A stretch of 38,803 bases of DNA from positions 1-38,803 of the forward strand of contig JBBRUX010000038.1 of NCBI GenBank assembly GCA_038247415.1, written 5' to 3'. Below are positions 20,394 to 30,309 of this stretch, piece after piece; position 1 is the first letter of the stretch; each line of letters opens with the position of its first letter. This DNA is from Chitinivibrionales bacterium. Lineage in GTDB: Bacteria > Fibrobacterota > Chitinivibrionia > Chitinivibrionales > WJKA01. A program made the translations under genes and the position numbers. The notes beneath the pieces were generated by a model. That model was not told the DNA's origin and made no database searches. It saw only the letters and a list, made by a program, of their open reading frames with translations.

Positions 20394-21776
20394 ATGGCAA
20401 AACAGCATACAATCGGTTCATCTGTTTCTCTCTCGGGTATTGGCTTGCACACTGGTGAAAAGGCTACTGTTACGTTAAATGCTGCTCCAGAAAATTATGG
20501 CATTCGTTTTGTACGAAGCGATGTGCCGAACTCTCCCGAAATCCCTGCTCTTCTCGATTATGTTGTGGATTTGGCTCGAGGAACAACTATCGGCATAAAC
20601 GAAGCTAAAGTATCTACTATAGAGCATCTTATGGCAGCGTTTGCTGGCATGGAAATCGATAACTGCCGCGTTGAAGTGAGTGCTTCAGAAATCCCCCTTA
20701 TGGACGGAAGTTCTTTGCCATTTATTGAGCTTTTGGAACATTCGGGTATTGTTGAACAAGATGCCGATCGTCAATTTATTGTTATCGATAAACCTATGAT
20801 GCTCTATCAGAAGGGCGAAGTTGCATACGGTGTATTTCCCTCAGATCATTTTTATATCACATTGCTCACAGACTATGGTCACAAACATCCTGCAGTTGGC
20901 GTTCAGCACACGACAATGTTCTCGCTTAAAGATTTTGCTAAAGAATTTGCCCCCTCAAGAACCTTTTGCTTTCTTTCGGAAATCGAAATGCTTCGGGAAA
21001 AAGGGCTTATTAAGGGTGGAAATCTGCATAGCGCCGTTGTTGTTCAGGATGTTGAGCTGTCTCAAGATCATATCGATTACATTAAGAGGCTTTTTCCCGA
21101 CGAAGGACCAATTACTCCCGGCACAGACGGCTTTCTTAATGGCACAAAACTGAGATTTCCTAATGAATTGTGTCGTCACAAAGCTCTCGATCTCATAGGC
21201 GATTTATATCTGCTTGGTAAACCAGTTCTTGGTTTAATTCAAGCTGCGCGCACAAGCCACGCTGCCAATCACGAAATGGCCAAAAAGATTCGTGAACACT
21301 TGCTTGCACGGGAAGAACTGGCTGCTCGCAAGAAAAACAGCTATGATGTTCAAGATATATTAACAGCGCTACCGCATCGGTATCCTTTTTTGCTTATTGA
21401 CAAAATAGTTGATGTTGTTCCCGATAAATCCGCAGTCTGTATTAAAAATGTGACATTCAACGAGCCTTTTTTTCAAGGGCATTTTCCCGGAAACCCCGTG
21501 ATGCCTGGTGTTTTACAAGTTGAAGCAATGGCCCAGGCTGGTGGTATTATGGGTACGTATGGTAAAGACTCTTCCGAAGAAAAAGTTATGTATTTCATGG
21601 CTGTCGATAAGGTTCGCTTTAGACAAATTGTCCGTCCTGGCGATTGCCTTCGTATTGAAGTAAAAATGCTTCAAAATCGTCGTGGAACGATAAAGTTCGC
21701 AGGAAAATGCTTCGTAGAAGATAAACTTGTATGTGAAGCAGAACTTATGGCAATGCTTGCCAAAAAGGAAGGGTAA
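20394..21776 (+). CDS. lpxC: Bifunctional LpxC / FabZ
   Basis: GIGLHTG, TIEHLMAA, PLMDGSS, RHKALDLIGDL (LpxC); LPHRYPFLLID, FFQGHFPGNPVMPGVL (FabZ). Confidence 0.96.
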   Translation: MAKQHTIGSSVSLSGIGLHTGEKATVTLNAAPENYGIRFVRSDVPNSPEIPALLDYVVDLARGTTIGINEAKVSTIEHLMAAFAGMEIDNCRVEVSASEIPLMDGSSLPFIELLEHSGIVEQDADRQFIVIDKPMMLYQKGEVAYGVFPSDHFYITLLTDYGHKHPAVGVQHTTMFSLKDFAKEFAPSRTFCFLSEIEMLREKGLIKGGNLHSAVVVQDVELSQDHIDYIKRLFPDEGPITPGTDGFLNGTKLRFPNELCRHKALDLIGDLYLLGKPVLGLIQAARTSHAANHEMAKKIREHLLAREELAARKKNSYDVQDILTALPHRYPFLLIDKIVDVVPDKSAVCIKNVTFNEPFFQGHFPGNPVMPGVLQVEAMAQAGGIMGTYGKDSSEEKVMYFMAVDKVRFRQIVRPGDCLRIEVKMLQNRRGTIKFAGKCFVEDKLVCEAELMAMLAKKEG

Positions 21777-21781
21777 GTGCT

Positions 21782-22579
21782 GTGGCTGTAACAATTCATC
21801 CAACCGCATTAGTTCATCCGAATGCAAAGTTTGGTGTCAATGTTTCCATTGGGCCATTTACTATAGTAGAAGACAATGTTGAAATAGGCGATAATTCGAC
21901 CATTTTTTCGCATGCGCTTATTGCCGATGGGGCTCGTATAGGAGCGTCATGCAGAATATTTCAAGGGGCGAGCATTTCGCAAATTCCCCAGGATCTTAAG
22001 TTTGGTGGCGAAAAAACGTTAACGCGCATTGGCGATAATACAACAATCCGAGAGTATGTAACCCTTAACAAGGGGACTGTTGCCCATGGGGAAACATCAA
22101 TTGGTTCCGATTGTCTTATCATGGCGTATGGTCATGTTGGACACGATTCTATCATTGGCAATAATGTAATTATTTCAAATGCCCTTGGAATGGCCGGACA
22201 TGTTGTTGTGGGGAACAATGTAACCATTAGCGGAATTACTGCAATACATCAATTTTGTCGTATTGGCGATCATGCTATGGTAAGTGCTCATTGCTATATT
22301 AATCAAGATATTGTTCCCTATGCAGTATGTGCCGATAATCCCTTGAGAATCGTTTCTATTAATAAAATTGGCTTAGAGCGCAGGGGGTTTTCTGAAGAAC
22401 GTCGTAGAAATATTAAGCGTGCTTACAAAACGATATTTCGTAGCGGGTTAACGCTTGCAATGGCAATCGCCGAATTAGAGCAAAGCTATCCAGCCGATCC
22501 CGATATCGAGGTACTCGTCAAATTCATTCGAGCAGATAGTCGTGGTCTTGTCCGTATGTCCGAAAACGAGCCAGAATAG
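21782..22579 (+). CDS. lpxA: UDP-N-acetylglucosamine O-acyltransferase
   Basis: Hexapeptide repeats, PQDLKF, IREYVT, HVGHD, IHQFCRIG, GLERRGF. Confidence 0.96.
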   Translation: MAVTIHPTALVHPNAKFGVNVSIGPFTIVEDNVEIGDNSTIFSHALIADGARIGASCRIFQGASISQIPQDLKFGGEKTLTRIGDNTTIREYVTLNKGTVAHGETSIGSDCLIMAYGHVGHDSIIGNNVIISNALGMAGHVVVGNNVTISGITAIHQFCRIGDHAMVSAHCYINQDIVPYAVCADNPLRIVSINKIGLERRGFSEERRRNIKRAYKTIFRSGLTLAMAIAELEQSYPADPDIEVLVKFIRADSRGLVRMSENEPE

Positions 22580-22600
22580 TCCAATGAAAGCAGGCTTTTT

Positions 22601-23455
22601 TTGAAGTTTTTGGTCCAAATTCATCGCGCGATTACCGACCCCTCCTATTATAATGATATTGTTGCGCTTCGTTTTAGAAGTGCATTCTGGTTTTTCATTC
22701 GCATTCTTTGTGTATTCGCTTTATTGGCCGCAGTCGTGCACACCTCATTGCTTACGCGAAAGGGGAGTGAGCTCTCCAAAACCCTTGCGGAAATATTTAC
22801 TGGCATAACTATTCAAAAAAATACTATGCAGCTTCCCGCTGTTCTTCCCTACATACCTCCAGCAAGAACAATTGCGACGATTATCGATGTAATTAATAAT
22901 ACTAACAGCAATGGTGCTGTTGTGCCCGAATCGTTGCTTGTATTTGATACCACGCATATTCCTTCACAATCGTCCCGTTTTATACAATTTGGAGCTACGG
23001 CAATTAGTATTCATTTTAGAGGCAAATCTAATGGAATTGAGTTCCCGTATAAACAGGTACTCGATTCTACAGGCAATGGAGATTTTTCTCAAACATCAAT
23101 CGAGCACTTTTTTGGGCGTTTATGGCCTTCTCTCTTTGTTGGAGCACTCATTCAAAATGTGATTGTTCTGTTTTCTGCTGCAATTGCAGCGCTCTTTTTC
23201 CTTTTTGGCATTGCGATCTTTTCGGGTGCCTATTTTAAAATAGGTTTTAAAGCGTTTATGAAAATTTCTTGTTTTGCACTCACGCCCTCGCTTATTGGGT
23301 GCATGCTTATGCTTGTTTCTGGTACGAGAGCAACGTTACCTTTTTCTGGCAATGCTGTTCCTTGGCTTTTTTATATTTTCGTTGGGATATCCGCATTTAG
23401 TATGTTAAGAGGACTTCGTTATGTAGTAACAAGCGCTCATCACGGTACTCATTAA
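22601..23455 (+). CDS. Membrane protein of unknown function (DUF1189-like topology)
   Basis: One N-terminal TM helix, a soluble loop, about 3 C-terminal TM helices; tight operon spacing. Confidence 0.6.
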   Translation: MKFLVQIHRAITDPSYYNDIVALRFRSAFWFFIRILCVFALLAAVVHTSLLTRKGSELSKTLAEIFTGITIQKNTMQLPAVLPYIPPARTIATIIDVINNTNSNGAVVPESLLVFDTTHIPSQSSRFIQFGATAISIHFRGKSNGIEFPYKQVLDSTGNGDFSQTSIEHFFGRLWPSLFVGALIQNVIVLFSAAIAALFFLFGIAIFSGAYFKIGFKAFMKISCFALTPSLIGCMLMLVSGTRATLPFSGNAVPWLFYIFVGISAFSMLRGLRYVVTSAHHGTH

Positions 23456-23467
23456 GGATCGATACAT

Positions 23468-24349
23468 ATGCTTCTTGGTATACAACAAATTCAAGGCGAT
23501 CCAAAAAACCTTCATGGGCACTTGACTGTCTATGCAAAAATCGATTTAGACCCAGCCGATTTGCTTCAGATGAAGCATCCCATTGCTTCGGTTATCCATA
23601 ATGGATTTCTTGTTGCTCAAGGAAATTTTAAAGAACAAACTAATCTCAAAGATTTTTTACAATCCGAGATGGGGCTTTCTCTTGAAGAAGGCTTGGAAGA
23701 AATCATCGATCGTCTTGACGGGTTAGAATCGGCGCTTGATCCTCAAAAATTGCGTGACAAAATCGAAAATATGAAAGATTTTGAAGATTTTATACCCACT
23801 CCTGCAAAAATTGTTCCATTTCATTCGGAATCTGAGATTCTGGCGCAGCCGGGAGATGTTTTTTTTGCTGGAACTTTCAAGAATATTGCAAATGCAAACC
23901 TGAGTGTCAACGCCTTTCCGATTTTGTATCAGGCTTACTATCGGGAATGTCAACTCGAAAAGGTTCGTGTAGAAATCGAATCGCTGATCCACCAGATCGA
24001 AAAAGGCGCTCAGGTCGATGAATCCCAACAATACACATCAACGAGCGTTAATACGCAGGACCGTTTACTTAAAGAGTTTATTCCAGGAATGATTTACAAT
24101 AGGAAAGATCCCAAGGAATTTGCAGAGGCAGAAGATCGTTTTCGTGTTTTTATGCAAGGTTACAACTTCCCCAATGATGTTGAAGCAATTCTTGTGTTGA
24201 TAAAGGTACCCGGAGATTTAACGCACACCCATTCAAGACTTCTTGAACTTTACGCAAAGAAAATATCAGCGATGCACGAAGAACGATTTGCAGAAGTTGA
24301 GCAAACACTCGAAGAAATAAAAAGGCTCAGCATGACTCTTAACCAATAA
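23468..24349 (+). CDS. Hypothetical acidic helical protein
   Basis: 293-aa ORF with RBS AAGGA; helical C-terminus loosely like a UVR motif. Confidence 0.65.
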   Translation: MLLGIQQIQGDPKNLHGHLTVYAKIDLDPADLLQMKHPIASVIHNGFLVAQGNFKEQTNLKDFLQSEMGLSLEEGLEEIIDRLDGLESALDPQKLRDKIENMKDFEDFIPTPAKIVPFHSESEILAQPGDVFFAGTFKNIANANLSVNAFPILYQAYYRECQLEKVRVEIESLIHQIEKGAQVDESQQYTSTSVNTQDRLLKEFIPGMIYNRKDPKEFAEAEDRFRVFMQGYNFPNDVEAILVLIKVPGDLTHTHSRLLELYAKKISAMHEERFAEVEQTLEEIKRLSMTLNQ

Positions 24350-24364
24350 CAACGGGACGCTGAC

Positions 24365-26029
24365 ATGGATACCGATATCTCGCTTCTTGCCTCAATTGTA
24401 GAAAACGCTCCACTGGGAGTAGTTGTTACAAGTATTGAAGGCACCATTATTTTTGTTAACCCTAACGCCGAAAAGCTTTTCTCAAGTGAAAATGCAGTGG
24501 TTATTGGCTCCTCAATCGATAAATTCCTTGTATTTTCAGACTCTTCCGACAATTTTCGTTCTATACATACGCAGCTAAAAGACTCGCGCCAGGTTCATGG
24601 CTCGGTGCATATTTCCCATGCAGGCGTAGATGATCGCATGTGCGGTTTCCAGGCTTTTCTTATTGCGCGTTCCGACGAAACTCCTTTGTGCGTCTTTACA
24701 CTTCTCGACTCTACCGAAGACATTCGCAAAACCGAAAAAATTGTTGCGCAAAACCTCGAAATTACTCGTATGAATTCCGAGTTGATCCGCAGTAATTCCG
24801 AATTACAAAAGGTAAGCGAGCTTAAATCAAATTTTTTAAGCATCGCCTCGCACGAGCTCAAAACACCGCTCACAACAATTAAGGGCTACTCCGATATCAT
24901 CATGGATTCCATGAAGGTCAAGATAGACCCAGGTGTTTTTCGCATGATAGAAAACATCAATCGAGCTGCCGACCGTCTTCACCATGTAGTAAACGATATC
25001 CTCGACATTACAAGAATAGAACAAAAACGGCTGCGCCTTCACATCGAACCAATTAATCTTGCGAATATCGTAAAAGAATCTATCGACGAAATATCAAATT
25101 TGGGTGCGCATCGTCATGTAACCTTTAATTGCACCGCTGATGGCCATCTCGATGATTTCTTTGGTGACCAAATGCGCATGCATCAAGCTCTTGTCAATAT
25201 TTTTTCTAATGCGGTAAAATTCTCTCCCGATAATTCTAGTGTAGACGTAGAAATTACCGAAGAGCATCAGAACCAATTTCATATTATCGTACGGGATAGG
25301 GGGATAGGCATCGATAAAGCGGATCAAAAAAGCATATTCGATCCTTTCTTCGAAATCGGGAATGCAAACAGGCATTCGAGTCAATACTCAAAATTTATGG
25401 GTGGCGGAACGGGTTTGGGATTATCGATCGTGCGTGGTATTGTGGAGTGCCACGGTGGGCGAATATGGGTTGAAAGCGATGGCATTGTGGCGGGAAGCTT
25501 TCCAGGATCAGAATTTCACATTGTTCTTCCGCTTAAATCTAAAAGTAGCTACGATGAAGAAACAAAAGTACTACTGATATCCCGAAGGAAAATGGTCCCG
25601 GTTGAAAATGATGAAGATGACTACATCGAGGAAGTGGATAAAAAGCCCGAAATTCTCATTATAGATTCCGATCGTGAAGCCACCGAAATCGTACTCATGA
25701 TTCTTGAACCAGTCTTTGATGTGTCTGTGGCAGAAAGTGGCGAAACCGGTTTACAGATTGCATTTGAGCGAAAGCCTTCCCTTATTTTGATGGATACCCG
25801 CCTCCCCGGACTTGACGGATATAGAATTTGTAGAATTTTAAGATCTCAAGACGAAACACGGGGGATTCCTATTGCGATTTTTTCTGCTCATGCCGACGAC
25901 GATGAAATTCAAAAAGGATTTTCTTGCGGAGCCGATGAATTTATTGTCAAGCCTTTTAGCGGAAAAGATCTTGTTGAAAAAGTGTGGCGTGTACTTATGA
26001 AGAAAAAAGAGGAAGCTACCTTTCGGTAA
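24365..26029 (+). CDS. PAS-domain hybrid histidine kinase (PAS-HisKA/HATPase-REC)
   Basis: IIFVNPNAEKLF, ASHELKTPLT, NAVKFS, GGTGLGL, LILMDTRLP...KPF. Confidence 0.92.
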   Translation: MDTDISLLASIVENAPLGVVVTSIEGTIIFVNPNAEKLFSSENAVVIGSSIDKFLVFSDSSDNFRSIHTQLKDSRQVHGSVHISHAGVDDRMCGFQAFLIARSDETPLCVFTLLDSTEDIRKTEKIVAQNLEITRMNSELIRSNSELQKVSELKSNFLSIASHELKTPLTTIKGYSDIIMDSMKVKIDPGVFRMIENINRAADRLHHVVNDILDITRIEQKRLRLHIEPINLANIVKESIDEISNLGAHRHVTFNCTADGHLDDFFGDQMRMHQALVNIFSNAVKFSPDNSSVDVEITEEHQNQFHIIVRDRGIGIDKADQKSIFDPFFEIGNANRHSSQYSKFMGGGTGLGLSIVRGIVECHGGRIWVESDGIVAGSFPGSEFHIVLPLKSKSSYDEETKVLLISRRKMVPVENDEDDYIEEVDKKPEILIIDSDREATEIVLMILEPVFDVSVAESGETGLQIAFERKPSLILMDTRLPGLDGYRICRILRSQDETRGIPIAIFSAHADDDEIQKGFSCGADEFIVKPFSGKDLVEKVWRVLMKKKEEATFR

Positions 26030-26083
26030 TGATACAATAAAGCTAACAACTGTTTTTAAACACTATTTACCCGAGGAGGAATC

Positions 26084-27037
26084 ATGTTTACTAATTTCCG
26101 AAAAGCTGCAATTGCAGGTCTCATACTAGGGGCTTTTTCTAGCGCTTTTGGTATTGCAGGTGTTGGTGTGCATTATGGGATAGATTTGTCGCTTAAAATG
26201 GACGACAAATTGAACGATGCCGCAGTTTTTGATAATCTAAAGCTTAATGTGAGTAGTTTTACCGGTACAACACCAGCTGGATACACCGCAACAACTATTT
26301 CGGGTGCCGATTTACCTATTTTTGTAAGTCGAGTTGATTGGCAGAGAACGGTTCTTAATTTGGGCGGAAAAGTGTATGTTGATGTTATCCCTTTTATTGA
26401 TGCGATCGAGATATCTTCTAACTTCGGGCTGTGGGAATACAAAGGTAGTATAAAATATCCTACCTCAATTGAGTTTAAGCCACAAAACGAGCAACCAACT
26501 GAACTAAACGCTCCTTTTATTAACCGAGTGAAGCCTGTAGTTTACGATTCTACGAGCTTAACACTTAAGGACTTAGGCCTGCCTAATTTCTGGATTATTC
26601 AAAATACTCCCTATGCAAAGTTGCAGCTTGATGCTACTATTCGTAAAAATATTTTTAAGCTGCCGCTTAACATCTTTAAACTGTACGGCGGTGGCGGATT
26701 TAGCGTTAATTTATCAACCCCGGCAATCAGCTCTAAATTGATTGAGGATGCAATTGGGACACAACTCAACAAAGCATTTGATGTGCCTGCATTAGGCACA
26801 AATGTACTTGGGAATGTAGATGTTATGCAAAAAGTTGGAAAAGAAATCATAGCGCAAATGTTTACACCACATTTCGGCGTTCATCTTGACGTTGGTGCAA
26901 TGGTTAAAATTCCCGTTGTGCCTATAGGGTTTTATGTTGATGGAAAATTCTTGATCCCATTAGCAAAACAGGATGCATCGGTTGATGTTGGGGGATTGGG
27001 ATTTCTTATTAACGCAGGTGTCGCGCTAGCTTTTTAA
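26084..27037 (+). CDS. Secreted hypothetical protein, probable outer-membrane beta-barrel
   Basis: RBS GAGGAG; signal peptide; YGGGG strand; C-terminal INAGVALAF beta-signal. Confidence 0.65.
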   Translation: MFTNFRKAAIAGLILGAFSSAFGIAGVGVHYGIDLSLKMDDKLNDAAVFDNLKLNVSSFTGTTPAGYTATTISGADLPIFVSRVDWQRTVLNLGGKVYVDVIPFIDAIEISSNFGLWEYKGSIKYPTSIEFKPQNEQPTELNAPFINRVKPVVYDSTSLTLKDLGLPNFWIIQNTPYAKLQLDATIRKNIFKLPLNIFKLYGGGGFSVNLSTPAISSKLIEDAIGTQLNKAFDVPALGTNVLGNVDVMQKVGKEIIAQMFTPHFGVHLDVGAMVKIPVVPIGFYVDGKFLIPLAKQDASVDVGGLGFLINAGVALAF

Positions 27038-27079
27038 AGGCTCGCTGCGCAATACAATGTAAGTAAATTGTCTGGACCA

Positions 27080-27165
27080 TTGATTTATGTGATTACTTTG
27101 ATAAAGATGATTTTTAATTCAAAGACAGAAGCATTTTCATTAGTCAATGTAATCGTATAAATCAA
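27080..27165. repeat. Imperfect GATT/AATC-periodic palindrome between convergent genes; possible bidirectional terminator
   Basis: TTGATTTATGTGATTAC (27080-27096) and GTAATCGTATAAATCAA (27149-27165) are 15/17 complementary; resembles 38697-38785. Confidence 0.65.
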
Positions 27166-27210
27166 GCTTGGAATGGGTTCCGGGATTAAAAATCAAGAAT
27201 AGTACGAAGC

Positions 27211-27528
27211 CTAGGCTAACAAATCGAGCAATTCTCCCACCATTTTATCCTTGGCCTTAATCACTTTTAGATTTGCAGTAAAAGTTTCTTTGCTAAGAAG
27301 TTCCTCTTTGGTTCCCTCTAAAAGATTATCTGTAGTACTTGATTCGTAAGAAGCGGCGGGCTTTGAAATAGAAGCTATCCGTGTACCTTCGGGTAGTGTT
27401 TCAACTTGGTTTACGGTAGCTGCGGAAAAGTTTGGGGTATTGAGGTTTGCTATCGTATGAGCAGCGTTATCCATTCGAAGGGAACTCGCAGTTACCCCGG
27501 ATATTGGTGCAGCATATGAAATACTCAT
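27211..27528 (-). CDS. Small flagellar basal-body rod/hook family protein
   Basis: SGV...MDNAAHTIANLNTPNF and FTANLKVIKAKDKMVGELLDL rod-protein end motifs. Confidence 0.8.
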   Translation of the reverse strand: MSISYAAPISGVTASSLRMDNAAHTIANLNTPNFSAATVNQVETLPEGTRIASISKPAASYESSTTDNLLEGTKEELLSKETFTANLKVIKAKDKMVGELLDLLA

Positions 27529-27660
27529 GATGTTCCTCGATAAAACACATAAAAAGTTTATTATTTGATATATTTATTATACCATGAAAAATGGTTTTTA
27601 GCTACCTCGATTATTCTGATGGTGGATGAATTTATTCTTTTTGAGTTAGAAGGAAATTTT

Positions 27661-29511
27661 ATGTTTGATTTTGAAGAGATTCCTAAAGCTACGACCTTTG
27701 ATGAAAAACGTCCGCTTTTTCCTACTTTTAAAGTATCATACCCTGCTGATGCAGGAATAATTGATGTGACTGCTGCACCCTATTGCGCACAAGGCGATGG
27801 AATTGCCGATGACACAAAGGCTATTCAAAATGCGCTTAACGATTACCCAAATTCACGAGCTGTCATTTTTCTACCATCTGGCACATACCGTATTACCGAC
27901 ACGCTTAGATGGCCCGATGGCGACGACGATGGCATGCAGAAAAATGTGATTTTGCAAGGTGCTTCGGTTTTGGATACTCGCATAATTTTGGCAGATTCTA
28001 CACCTGGATTTGAAGATGCCTACGAGCCCAAAGCAATGATCTGGACTGGACAAGCTCCTGCACAGCGTTTTAGGAATGCAATTCGTGACCTTACCATCTT
28101 TTCTGGGTCTGAAAACCCTGGAGCAATTGGAATACAGTTTATCGCTAATAACCAAGGTTGTTTGCGTAATATCGCCATTGTTTCGGGCGATAGCGTTGGG
28201 GCAATTGGTCTGGATATGTCTTATACCGATGAAATTGGTCCGCTTTTAGCTAAAAATGTGTATATAAACGGATTTGATATTGGTGTTAAAACACGATACT
28301 GGGTTGATAGTATAACATTTGAGCATCTGTGGCTAGAAAATCAGCATGATTGCGGTATTCTCAATGATGGCCAATGTATTGCAATTCGCGGATTAAAAAG
28401 TATCAATGCAGTACCAGTGCTTAAAAATATGTATGGAGCATCTTTTTGCACACTGATAGATAGTGTTTTAATCGGTACGCAGTCGGCAACGCATAAAACG
28501 GCCATCGTCAATGAGTCGTCACTATTCGCGCGATCTGTTAAAGTCACCGGATATAAAATGTCGATTGTTTCAACAGTTGGTCGCTGTGCCTCAGTATCAG
28601 ATGAGTGGATAGGCGAGTATGTATCTCATTTTCCCATGTCGCTTTTTGATGTTGAAAGAACATCGCTTTCGTTGCCAATCAACGAAACTCCAGAGGTTCC
28701 TTGGGATGCACTCGACCAGTGGGTAAGTCCCACGCATTTCGGAGCAGTTCCAGATTCTCTTCATGATGCCAGTGAGGCGATTCAGCGAGCTATCGACTCG
28801 GGCAAAACAACCGTTTACTTTCCTCGTGGCACGTATATTATTTCAAAACAAATTCTCATTAGAGGATCTGTTCGAAGAATTCTTGGATGTGAAGCACTTC
28901 TGGAAATCACTAAGTTGAATGTCCCAATTTTTAGGTTTGAAAACGGTGTGCATCCTGTGGTTGTTTTTGAACGGCTTCAAAGCAATTATGTTCCAAATGT
29001 TTTTATAGAGCATGCTTCTACGCGAAGTCTGGTTATACAGAGCTGCTGCGATGTGTCGTGCCATGGTCGAGAATGCGGTGACCTTTATGTAGAAGATACG
29101 TGTTCAAACCCATTTTCTAACTGGATTTTTGATCGCATGAACGTATGGGCTCGTCAGTTTAATATCGAAAATCAGGGAACCCATTTTATTAATAGTGGGT
29201 CTAAGGTTTGGATATTAGGATACAAAACAGAACGTGGAGGAGTTCTTGCCGAAACCACGCAAGATGGAAAAACAGAAATTATTGGGGGTTTCTTTTATGC
29301 AACAAATGGCCCCAAAGCTACCCCGGCCTTTTATGTGAATAATGCATCGCTTTCGGTGTCGATGGCTGAAGCGAGTTTTGACGATGCCTATTACCACGAT
29401 ATTATCGAAGAAACTCAATCCGATGACAAAAAACTTTTCAGACATGGAGATTTGCCTACGCGTACCCATGGCACAATGATTCCTTTATTTATATCCCGAA
29501 AACCTGCTTAA
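27661..29511 (+). CDS. Pectate_lyase_3 / GH55-like beta-helix carbohydrate-active protein
   Basis: Two repeats: AQGDGIADDTKAIQNAL...IFLPSGTY and FGAVPD...DASEAIQRAID...VYFPRGTY; RBS GAAGGA before ATG 27661. Confidence 0.85.
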   Translation: MFDFEEIPKATTFDEKRPLFPTFKVSYPADAGIIDVTAAPYCAQGDGIADDTKAIQNALNDYPNSRAVIFLPSGTYRITDTLRWPDGDDDGMQKNVILQGASVLDTRIILADSTPGFEDAYEPKAMIWTGQAPAQRFRNAIRDLTIFSGSENPGAIGIQFIANNQGCLRNIAIVSGDSVGAIGLDMSYTDEIGPLLAKNVYINGFDIGVKTRYWVDSITFEHLWLENQHDCGILNDGQCIAIRGLKSINAVPVLKNMYGASFCTLIDSVLIGTQSATHKTAIVNESSLFARSVKVTGYKMSIVSTVGRCASVSDEWIGEYVSHFPMSLFDVERTSLSLPINETPEVPWDALDQWVSPTHFGAVPDSLHDASEAIQRAIDSGKTTVYFPRGTYIISKQILIRGSVRRILGCEALLEITKLNVPIFRFENGVHPVVVFERLQSNYVPNVFIEHASTRSLVIQSCCDVSCHGRECGDLYVEDTCSNPFSNWIFDRMNVWARQFNIENQGTHFINSGSKVWILGYKTERGGVLAETTQDGKTEIIGGFFYATNGPKATPAFYVNNASLSVSMAEASFDDAYYHDIIEETQSDDKKLFRHGDLPTRTHGTMIPLFISRKPA

Positions 29512-30032
29512 TGGCTTTAGCACGAGAGCATAAAGGTATTCTTTATCACCGACGTGCGTCTGTTACCGTTACTGTGCAGGAGAATGATTCTGGTTATTCG
29601 ATGGTAACCAAATTAAGTATTTGTTGTAATAATTTATCAAATAACGAGTTGCAACAAACTTCGAACAAAATGCTTTCGAGTGCTTTGACGGTTTTAAAAA
29701 CTATTCTTGATGGAAATATCCCCAAAAACATTCATGACTTATCGCTTGATTTTAATGGGCTTACAGCATTTTCTCGCGAAGTCTTAGAATGCTTGCAAAC
29801 AATTCCTCGAGGAACAACAATTTCCTACTCCGAACTTGCGACGCTCAGCGGATACCCAAAGGCCATCCGAGCAGTAAGTTCTGTGGTGCGAAAAAATCGA
29901 TTTCCTCTCATAATTCCTTGTCACAGAGTGATTTGCAAGGATGGATCAATAGGGGGCTTTATGGGTGACCTAAAAGGGGCATCTATCGATCTGAAAAGGA
30001 TACTATTGCACTTAGAAGGCATTGAAAAATAG
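29511..30032 (+). CDS. ogt: Methylated-DNA--protein-cysteine methyltransferase
   Basis: IPRGTTISYSELA...AIRAV...IIPCHRVI; TAATG overlap with the upstream gene. Confidence 0.92.
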   Translation: MALAREHKGILYHRRASVTVTVQENDSGYSMVTKLSICCNNLSNNELQQTSNKMLSSALTVLKTILDGNIPKNIHDLSLDFNGLTAFSREVLECLQTIPRGTTISYSELATLSGYPKAIRAVSSVVRKNRFPLIIPCHRVICKDGSIGGFMGDLKGASIDLKRILLHLEGIEK

Positions 30033-30309
30033 CACGTTGAAGAGAAACCGGACACTGCGCGTGCCGAAGTAGTCGTTAGGGAAATCACTGCAGATAATTC
30101 ACCTAACTTACTATTAAACAAACACTTACGATGCAGCTTTGTCGGACTTATCCACGCCTTTGTAGGTATGAGCCAGTTCCATTGTATACATTTTGCAGCT
30201 ACCAAATAAATCGGTTCGAATTATTTTATATCAATGAGCAGAGGCAATTGCAAAACTTCTGGTCGATTCGGTATTTCGATTTCAGAACGCCACGTCAACA
30301 TATCTTTAC

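Noticed and set aside
30033..30309. Short ORFs between ogt and the monooxygenase
   Set aside because: No recognisable motif on either strand; could be a decayed gene but cannot be supported.
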